Origin: an uncultured Clostridia bacterium
GTDB taxonomy: Bacteria; Bacillota; Clostridia; Christensenellales; UBA1242
DNA length: 51,705 nt
Direction: 5' to 3'
Assembly (NCBI GenBank): GCA_946491735.1
Contig: CAMLYK010000003.1
Span: 1-51,705, forward strand
The notes beneath the pieces were generated by a model. The model did no database searches, was not told where the DNA came from, and saw only the letters and a list, made by a program, of their open reading frames with translations. Shown piece by piece: positions 28,502 through 36,180 of the stretch; positions within the stretch are counted from its first letter, which is position 1; each line of letters opens with the position of its first letter. The translations under genes and the position numbers were made by a program.

Positions 28502-28945
28502 TTAATCTTTTTTTGTGAAATTTTCATTATTTTTGATATCTAAATCGGTATTTTCAATATTTTTTTGTTGATTTTTCAATTTTTTCTTTTCTTTAACCAT
28601 TTCAATGATTTGCCAGATAGCTAAACCAATTAAAAAAATTGCAAACAATTTTTTTAATACCGAATTTGACATATGATTGGCAAGCAGTGCCCCGCCCAAG
28701 CTAAATATGCAACCCACCAATGCTAGTAACCATGTTTGTTTGTATGCGACCAAATGATTTTTCATATGAATAATTAGAGCAATGATCGACATCGGCAAGA
28801 AGGCTATCAAATTCACTCCCTGTGCACTCAATTGGGCGTATGACAAAAAGATAGTGAGAATAGGTATTGTGAGTGTTCCGCCACCCATTCCCATACCTCC
28901 TATTATTCCACCTAAAATTCCTGCAACAATTTCCCAAAATATCAT
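28502..28945 (-). CDS. TauE/SafE (TSUP) family permease, half-size
   Basis: GIIGGMGMGGGTLTIP and AQGVNL motifs; 4 TM helices. Confidence 0.88.
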   Translation of the reverse strand: MIFWEIVAGILGGIIGGMGMGGGTLTIPILTIFLSYAQLSAQGVNLIAFLPMSIIALIIHMKNHLVAYKQTWLLALVGCIFSLGGALLANHMSNSVLKKLFAIFLIGLAIWQIIEMVKEKKKLKNQQKNIENTDLDIKNNENFTKKD

Positions 28946-28949
28946 AAAG

Positions 28950-29312
28950 TCACCATATCAACATTCCCACGCCACCTAAGAGCATAAAAAATATGAAAAT
29001 TCCTTTTATCACATTATTTTTAATTTTGTTCAATAAAAATGCACCTATCACGCCGCCTACGATTATGCCCACTATTACCGGCCAACCTTCAGCAAAATCA
29101 ATTGAGTGATAACAAATATAGACAATCGTGCTAACCAAACTGATTGGTAAAATCACAAACAGTGCAGTTGCCTGTGCTTTTTTTTGCTCCAAACCAAACA
29201 TTTTATTGAGCAGTGGAACGACGACCATGCCCCCTCCACCGCCAAAAAATCCATTGATTACCCCAATTAGCGCACCAAAAATGATTATGTAGACTTTCTT
29301 GACCTTTTTCAT
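28950..29312 (-). CDS. TauE/SafE (TSUP) family permease, half-size
   Basis: GVINGFFGGGGGMVVVP and KAQATAL motifs; 4 TM helices. Confidence 0.88.
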   Translation of the reverse strand: MKKVKKVYIIIFGALIGVINGFFGGGGGMVVVPLLNKMFGLEQKKAQATALFVILPISLVSTIVYICYHSIDFAEGWPVIVGIIVGGVIGAFLLNKIKNNVIKGIFIFFMLLGGVGMLIW

Positions 29313-29410
29313 ATATTTATATTGTTCTTTTTGCTTAAATTTATTTGCTAAATTTTCAAATTTATATTATAATAAATTAGTTTATAGCAATAATTATTAA
29401 AGAGGTCAGA

Positions 29411-32400
29411 ATGAAAACTAGAAGAAAATTATTAAAGAATATTATTTGTTACATTACGGCATTGGCATTTATCCTTTTTGCTAATATTGGATTATTAGAA
29501 TTAATCGACTTTGAATCAATTGCTTATGCTGTAAATAATAATGTGCAAAACGAAATCAGCATCACGAATCAAAACTTCAACAGCAGTCCAGACAGTTCAT
29601 ATCCATTCGATCCTACAGGTTTTACGCCAAGCTCAGATACGGAAACTGCTGGAGTTAGCGCTGGTGTAATAAACGTAGACGATGAGGCTTATTCAAAATA
29701 TAAAACTGAGGAATCCTTCCGTGACAATTACGTACTGATGATTGATAGCACTGTCGCTAATGAGGATGAAAGTTCAGAAACTGATATTACTCACAATGCC
29801 AACTTCGGATTCACAACCAACGATGCTATCACATTGGAAGCTGGATCCAACTATTCAATATCTGTTGATGTATATACATCCAACAATAGCGGAATAGGGA
29901 CATTGTATCTATTCAACTCTGAAGACAATTCTATATATTCATCTATTTCAAATATCAATTCTTTAAATCATTATACTACCTATACATTCTTCATTACTAC
30001 TAATGATATTGCGGATGTGGAAGTCAAATTAGGAATGTATTTACGCGGATCCGGGGTCGTTTTGTTTGACAACATTTCAGCTTTTGAATTAAATTCATTG
30101 ACTTTAAATAGAAATATAGAAAATCTCAACAATTCATCATCGTTATCCAACACATATGTTTATATTGATGAGCGTGATAATCTAATTGATGAAATAGCAA
30201 TTGACAACAACACATTCACTATATCAAATTTTGAAACTGGCAAAAATTCACCTGAATACACCACCGCAGGCGTTGTACAAAACTCTAGCGATCCAGAAGC
30301 AAATGACGGAAAGACAAATACTGCATTCAAAATTACAAATAATCAAGCAACATACGTAGAGTATTCTACAGCGGACGATTTCTTAGAGTTTGAACAAAAT
30401 TCTATTTACAAAGTCAGCATATATGTCAAAACGATTGATATAGATGGCAATGCCAATTTGCAACTATTAGAAACCAATCTTGACAACGATGATTCTGACA
30501 GTGAGGACGAAGATCCAATCTTGACAATCAGTTCAGACACGGGAGAAGATGATAATATCATAAATGATTATCAAGAATATGCCTTTTATATTCGTTCTAA
30601 TCCGATTAGATCATCTACATTCAAACTTGTTGTTGGTTTGGGTGACTCTGAAAATGCAACCACTGGAAATCTATATGTAGGATCAATAATTGTTACAAAA
30701 ATAAACTATTCGATTTATGATGGTATATCAACAGGCACATATGCTGAAAAAATTGATTTAGCCGAAAATTATGCTTGGTCAAGCAATGATTTATATATTG
30801 ATAATGGGAATTTCAATGAAATAGAAATATCAGATTATTCAAATCCATATCCTGCCACCCCATCATCGTGGAGCAGAGACGAATCGGGTGAACATGATCA
30901 ATTCTATGGAGTTGTCAACACTGCTGACAGTGAATTCAGTAAACTGGACTCATCTAAATTCTCTAATTTGCGCAATCCAGGCAATCCTTATGGTGGAAAC
31001 GGCAGTAATAATGTTTTAATGATGTATAATTCAACTGCAGATATCCAAAGTTATACTAGCAGTGCAAAAACTGGTTTGACTGCAAGATCTTATTATAAAT
31101 TTATACTTCAAGTGCAAACTCAATTTACCCCTGCTGAAATTCAGTTGGTAAGCACGATCAATGAAAATGAAGTAGTCCTATCTTCAATTATCGTTGATAC
31201 AAACTTCAGTTGGGAAACCGTTACAATGTATTTATATACAGGTTATCAATCAATTGATGTATCAGTAAAGGTCATTTTAGATACCAATAGTTATGGTTAT
31301 GTCTATATTGACAATGTAACATACAATTACCCTATTCAGCCTACAGAAACTGAATATAATAATGCTACTAATTCAACCTATTTAATTAAAACAGATTTGT
31401 CAAATTTGTTTAGTTCAAATGACTCATCCTTGCCTTCATACTTTGTTGGAACAAGTGAAAATGAAAATGTCACAACACGAGTGGTTGATTTAAATAACCC
31501 TAGCAGTTATAACGATATTGTATTGGATAATACAAATTTCACAAGTCTAAATTCTGTTAATAAAAATGTTTTAGTCATTCGTTCTCCTCACACTGATTCA
31601 TATTATACATTAACTTCTGCTCTTGGATATACACTTACAAGTGGAAGTCATTATAAAATAAGCGTGTCTGTTTATACTCAAAATCTTCAAATTTTATCGG
31701 ACAGTGTGGATCATGACTTGGTTGGAGCCAGCGTAAAACTATCAAGCTTTGATGAAACATTTACACAAATTGTTTCTGACGGCAGATGGACAACCTACAC
31801 TTTCTATATTTCACCTAATACTGATACCACTGCTTATATAGAATTATCATTGGGAAGCTCCTCTGCAGCAGTGACAGGCACAGTATTCTTTGGCAATATC
31901 GATTTTGTTGAATTCGATGAAGATGATTTGACAGAATACAACAATGCAAGAGAAAATTCTTATACCAAGATTTTGACTCAAACGACAACAGAAGAAACTA
32001 CAGATAGTGAAGAAGAAACTGATGACGACGGAAACAATATTGATATAAATACAATCCTATATTATGTTTCAAGTATATTGTTTGCATTAGCAATAATCAT
32101 TGCAATTATTGGCGTAATGGTTAGAAAAATTAAATGGAAAAAGCCAGTTAAAAAATCAAAAACTGCATATGATAGAAATCGCACAGTTTCAAAACAATTG
32201 TATCAACGTAAAGCGACAACAATGCGTGAAGCTAAATTGAGAGAATTGAATAAAGAGCTTGAAGCAATGCATGCAGAACGCAGTCAATATGAAGACGAAT
32301 ACAAATCTGATCTATCAAAATTGAGAGATTTAAAGATCAAACGTGCTGATCAGTCTGAAATAAATAAATTGCAAAAAGAAATGAAGAAAAAACAGAAATT

Positions 32401-32578
32401 ATCTTCAACCATTGGTCTATCTATCAGCAAGTTAGAGTCTGAAATAGAGTTTACAAAAACTGAGCAATATTTAAACAATTTGATGAAGAAGTTAGAACGT
32501 GAACAACAAGAAGCATTAAAGAATTCGGACAACGTTGATGAAGAAGATTCTCAATCAGACAGTGATGATAAGAAATAA
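29411..32578 (+). CDS. Single-pass membrane protein with four CBM-like beta-sandwich repeats and a cytoplasmic coiled coil
   Basis: Signal peptide (IAYA), four Y-x-I/V-S-V...W/Y-x-x-Y-x-F-Y-I...G-x-V-x-F-D-N-I units, TM helix (ILYYVSSILFALAIIIAIIGVMV), K/E-rich tail. Confidence 0.85.
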   Translation: MKTRRKLLKNIICYITALAFILFANIGLLELIDFESIAYAVNNNVQNEISITNQNFNSSPDSSYPFDPTGFTPSSDTETAGVSAGVINVDDEAYSKYKTEESFRDNYVLMIDSTVANEDESSETDITHNANFGFTTNDAITLEAGSNYSISVDVYTSNNSGIGTLYLFNSEDNSIYSSISNINSLNHYTTYTFFITTNDIADVEVKLGMYLRGSGVVLFDNISAFELNSLTLNRNIENLNNSSSLSNTYVYIDERDNLIDEIAIDNNTFTISNFETGKNSPEYTTAGVVQNSSDPEANDGKTNTAFKITNNQATYVEYSTADDFLEFEQNSIYKVSIYVKTIDIDGNANLQLLETNLDNDDSDSEDEDPILTISSDTGEDDNIINDYQEYAFYIRSNPIRSSTFKLVVGLGDSENATTGNLYVGSIIVTKINYSIYDGISTGTYAEKIDLAENYAWSSNDLYIDNGNFNEIEISDYSNPYPATPSSWSRDESGEHDQFYGVVNTADSEFSKLDSSKFSNLRNPGNPYGGNGSNNVLMMYNSTADIQSYTSSAKTGLTARSYYKFILQVQTQFTPAEIQLVSTINENEVVLSSIIVDTNFSWETVTMYLYTGYQSIDVSVKVILDTNSYGYVYIDNVTYNYPIQPTETEYNNATNSTYLIKTDLSNLFSSNDSSLPSYFVGTSENENVTTRVVDLNNPSSYNDIVLDNTNFTSLNSVNKNVLVIRSPHTDSYYTLTSALGYTLTSGSHYKISVSVYTQNLQILSDSVDHDLVGASVKLSSFDETFTQIVSDGRWTTYTFYISPNTDTTAYIELSLGSSSAAVTGTVFFGNIDFVEFDEDDLTEYNNARENSYTKILTQTTTEETTDSEEETDDDGNNIDINTILYYVSSILFALAIIIAIIGVMVRKIKWKKPVKKSKTAYDRNRTVSKQLYQRKATTMREAKLRELNKELEAMHAERSQYEDEYKSDLSKLRDLKIKRADQSEINKLQKEMKKKQKLSSTIGLSISKLESEIEFTKTEQYLNNLMKKLEREQQEALKNSDNVDEEDSQSDSDDKK

Positions 32579-32589
32579 ATTGAATAATA

Positions 32590-32620
32590 AAAATACGGCG
32601 CTATAAGCCGTATTTTTTTT
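32590..32620. terminator. Intrinsic terminator, probably bidirectional
   Basis: AAAAATACGGC-GCTATAA-GCCGTATTTTT. Confidence 0.8.
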
Positions 32621-32677
32621 ATCAAATGAAAAATCACATACAATAAAATAGCATTAGCAATTTAATTTTTTAATACG

Positions 32678-32986
32678 TTAATTTTTATATATTTTTATCA
32701 ATTGTCCGATATATAATTTATTTTCTTGCAAATTATTGTCAGTTTTCAACTTTTCTACTGATAAATTATATTTTGAAGCAATTTTAGATAGTGTTTCCAT
32801 TGGTTTTACAAAATGTGATAGATAATCATTTACTTTAATCTTCACCCATTCACCAACATATAAAGGTATATTTTCATTATTTCTCACTATGTTATTTTTG
32901 TTTGTATTAAATTTTGTGCACAAAACGTTGATTGTCTCATTTTGTTTGATTCTATATAAAAATTCCTTTGCCAAAACAATATTCAT
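32678..32986 (-). CDS. Small protein with two LysM domains
   Basis: YRIKQNETINVLCTKF...LYVGEWVKI and HFVKPMETLSKIASKYNL...LYIGQLIKI. Confidence 0.88.
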   Translation of the reverse strand: MNIVLAKEFLYRIKQNETINVLCTKFNTNKNNIVRNNENIPLYVGEWVKIKVNDYLSHFVKPMETLSKIASKYNLSVEKLKTDNNLQENKLYIGQLIKIYKN

Positions 32987-33130
32987 ATATAAATATATTC
33001 AAAAAAATTTTTTTATGTACTCTTATTTTCCTTGTAAATAATTTTATCTATAAATTTGTTCAAATATAGCATGAAATTTTAACAGGTATATATTTTCATC
33101 ATTTTTTATATATTTATATAGGAAATAAAT

Positions 33131-34642
33131 ATGAAATCAATGTTTAAAGCAGTTGCTATAGTTACAGTATTTTCAGTAATAACTCGTATGCTAGGATTCT
33201 TTTTTAGAATTTTTTTGACACGAAAGTTGGGAGCCGAAGGCATAGGATTATTCCAAATGGCAACATCTGTGTTGGGTATTTTTATGACCTTAATATCTAG
33301 TGGACTACCTCTAACCACTGCAAAATTAGTATCAAAATATGAAACCAGAGCGGAACTAAAAAATAGAAACAAAGTGGTCAGTTCCGCGCTCATTATAGCA
33401 CTCGTAATTGCTGTTGTGTCATCACTGGTTGTATATTTGTTAAAATCCGTATGGGGAATCATTTTAACTGACAGTCGTGCAGTGGAATTATTGATTATTT
33501 TGCTACCTTCAATAATTTTTAGTGCAATTTATGCCGTTTTCCGTGGAGCTATGTGGGGTCAAAATGATTATTTCAATTGCGGATTGACTGAATTAATTGA
33601 GCAAATCATCCGTTTTGCTCTTACATTTATCATGCTATTTACTGTCACTGATTATTTTGTTGCAACAAAATACTCTGCAATAGCTTTCAATCTGACATGC
33701 CTACTCTCTGCCCTAATCACAGTATTTATATATTTTAGACGTGGTAAACTTAATTTCAAAAGAGGCGAATACAAAAATGTATTAAAAAGTGCTCTGCCAA
33801 TAACCGGAGTTCGACTTGCCAATTCACTTGTACAACCCCTGACCACCCTTATCATACCAAATATGCTCATTTTGTCTGGATATTCTACCAGTGAAGCAGT
33901 ATCAAGTTTTGGTGTAATTATGGGAATGACTTTCCCTATGCTTTTTGTGCCTATGGCATTGATAGGCAGCATCAGCATGGTTTTGATACCATCCATTAGT
34001 TCAATGATGACAAAAAATCAGTATGAATCAATACAAAATAACGTCACAAAATCCTTGGACGTATCCATATTTATAAGCATGATATTTATACCATTATATC
34101 TGTCGGTTGGTGATCTTATAGGTATAATTTTATACGACAATACTCTATCTGGGATTTTATTGCAACTGTCTGCAGTATGCGTCCTCCCTATCACACTGTG
34201 TAATCTAACTGGAAGTATATTGAACGCTCTGAATATGGAATTAAAATCATTTTTGAATTACATATTTGGTTCAATTGTGCTATTTGTCAGTCTCATCATA
34301 TTTACCCCACTTGTTGGAATAAACTCAATTATAATTGCTTTCTTCCTCTCAATGTTGATGATTACAATGTTGAATATTAGAATGATCAAAAAAGTGGTTC
34401 CAAATTTAAAATTTAATTTGTTTAATTTGATCTTGAAGTATGCTCTGATCATAATCCCTACCAGTTTTTTAGGTCATTTTGTATCAAACATCTGCTTGCA
34501 TGTTTTCAATTATTTCTTGTCTGCCTGCATTGGTGGCGGAATAAGTGTTGTGGCAACATTGATTTTAAGCAAAATGTTTAATTTGTATGATATTTCAAAA
34601 TTAATCAATTTAATTAAGAAAAGACACAAAAATACAACGTAG
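33131..34642 (+). CDS. spoVB: SpoVB/MurJ-type MOP flippase (stage V sporulation protein B-like)
   Basis: ITRMLGFFFRIFLTRKLGAEGIGLFQMA...SGLP N-terminus, EQIIR, multiple TM helices. Confidence 0.8.
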   Translation: MKSMFKAVAIVTVFSVITRMLGFFFRIFLTRKLGAEGIGLFQMATSVLGIFMTLISSGLPLTTAKLVSKYETRAELKNRNKVVSSALIIALVIAVVSSLVVYLLKSVWGIILTDSRAVELLIILLPSIIFSAIYAVFRGAMWGQNDYFNCGLTELIEQIIRFALTFIMLFTVTDYFVATKYSAIAFNLTCLLSALITVFIYFRRGKLNFKRGEYKNVLKSALPITGVRLANSLVQPLTTLIIPNMLILSGYSTSEAVSSFGVIMGMTFPMLFVPMALIGSISMVLIPSISSMMTKNQYESIQNNVTKSLDVSIFISMIFIPLYLSVGDLIGIILYDNTLSGILLQLSAVCVLPITLCNLTGSILNALNMELKSFLNYIFGSIVLFVSLIIFTPLVGINSIIIAFFLSMLMITMLNIRMIKKVVPNLKFNLFNLILKYALIIIPTSFLGHFVSNICLHVFNYFLSACIGGGISVVATLILSKMFNLYDISKLINLIKKRHKNTT

Positions 34643-34707
34643 CAATTATAATAAATTTTTACTAATCAAATACTAAAAACGATAATTGTTGTTATAAATT
34701 AAATTCA

Positions 34708-34736
34708 GAATAAATTTGTTTTCAATGAACATACTT
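34708..34736 (+). promoter_or_regulatory. Sporulation sigma (sigG/sigE-type) promoter candidate
   Basis: GAATA-17 nt-CATACTT, 5 nt before the ATG of the DUF421 gene. Confidence 0.55.
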
Positions 34737-34741
34737 ATAGT

Positions 34742-35458
34742 ATGTTCGTAATTTTTATAAGAGTTTTAATAATATATATAACCGTTTTAGTGTTCTTAAG
34801 ATTGATGGGAAAACGTCAAATAGGCGAAATGCAACCATATGAAGTTGTTATAACGTTGATTATTGCTGATTTGGCTACTCTACCTATGAGTGATACGAAT
34901 ATACCTTTAATCAACGGTATATTGCCACTAGCAATTTTAGTCCTAATTCACTTTTCCATTACTATTTTGACACGCAAAAATATAAAGATACGAAGATTCA
35001 TGAGCGGTCGACCCGTAATTGTAATCAGTCCAAGAGGTATTGAATACAAAGCATTAAAAGATCTAAATATGAACATTGATGACCTACTTGAATCAATTAG
35101 GCAAGCAAATTATTATAGTTTTGACCAAATATTATATGCAATAATTGAAACGAATGGAAAGATGAGTGTCATACCGACAAGCGATAATAGTCCTGCTACA
35201 GCGCAAGATGTGAACGCCAATAACCCACCTGCCAGACTTCCACATGTGATAATTTCTGATGGCAAACTAATAAAAGAGGAAATGGAACAAATCAAAATTG
35301 ATGAAGACAAGCTAAATAAAATATTAGATTATTTAAAAATTAAAACTATAAAAGAACTAATAATCCTGTCAATTGATAGCGAAGGAAAAACTTATTATCA
35401 AAAAAAGGGAGACAATTTCAAATTAATTAATAATATAAACGAGGAATTACAACAATGA
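34742..35458 (+). CDS. DUF421 (YetF/YdfR family) membrane protein
   Basis: LRLMGKRQIGEMQPYEVVITLIIADLA and AIIETNGKMSVIP motifs. Confidence 0.92.
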   Translation: MFVIFIRVLIIYITVLVFLRLMGKRQIGEMQPYEVVITLIIADLATLPMSDTNIPLINGILPLAILVLIHFSITILTRKNIKIRRFMSGRPVIVISPRGIEYKALKDLNMNIDDLLESIRQANYYSFDQILYAIIETNGKMSVIPTSDNSPATAQDVNANNPPARLPHVIISDGKLIKEEMEQIKIDEDKLNKILDYLKIKTIKELIILSIDSEGKTYYQKKGDNFKLINNINEELQQ

Positions 35459-35841
35459 AAGTATGGATACCAATTTTAATTTTATTTTTAGCCGTTACAG
35501 GAGTGTGTATTTGGGATGGGATAAATACACAAAAGATTTTTAACAAACTAGAAAATGACAGTGAAAGAATATATGAAACTCTATTAGTTACAGATATAAC
35601 TGATTCTGATATACAAAATGAAATACTCGAACTAAATGATTATTGGACAGAAAAAATGGATATATTGTGTATATCCATATCTCGAAAAGATTTACAGCCA
35701 GTGTCTGACTATCTACAATATTTGTGTGCATCAATAATAAATGAAAGTCAAGAAGATGCAATAACATATTCTCGCCTGTTGAACTATAATATTGTGGGTC
35801 TAAATCAGACTACTGGGATAAATATTCTTAATTTGTTATAA
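35455..35841 (+). CDS. DUF4363-like protein
   Basis: N-terminal TM helix, conserved W, ends in NILNLL; overlaps the DUF421 gene by 4 nt, the usual clostridial pairing. Confidence 0.7.
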   Translation: MKVWIPILILFLAVTGVCIWDGINTQKIFNKLENDSERIYETLLVTDITDSDIQNEILELNDYWTEKMDILCISISRKDLQPVSDYLQYLCASIINESQEDAITYSRLLNYNIVGLNQTTGINILNLL

Positions 35842-35857
35842 AGAAAGTATGATAAAA

Positions 35858-36175
35858 TTATAATAATGTCAAAAAAGTGACAGTACAAACAATGATCATT
35901 ATGATTAAAACAAAGATAAGCGTTGCCACGTCATTGATAGATGACGAAAAATTGAAAATACTTGCCTTAGGAATGCCATTTTCTTTGATATTAGTCAATA
36001 TTTTATTTGTAGCAAGATTGACTTTTGCTATTTCGTTTTTATAAGATTTACCGCTTTTGATACTCTTTGCACGAAAAATCTTTATCATGATTTTTTGTCT
36101 TGACTTTATCTCTTCAATATTTGAATCATATTTCAAATCCATAAAATGATAATATTGTTTTAATTCTTTATCCAT
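35858..36175 (-). CDS. Tail-anchored protein with a degenerate J-like domain (no HPD)
   Basis: YYHFMDLKYDSNIEEIKSRQKIMIKIF...EIAKVNLATNKIL resembles DnaJ helices I-III; C-terminal TM helix; starts 5 nt after the uvrA stop. Confidence 0.7.
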   Translation of the reverse strand: MDKELKQYYHFMDLKYDSNIEEIKSRQKIMIKIFRAKSIKSGKSYKNEIAKVNLATNKILTNIKENGIPKASIFNFSSSINDVATLIFVLIIMIIVCTVTFLTLL

Positions 36176-36180
36176 AACCC

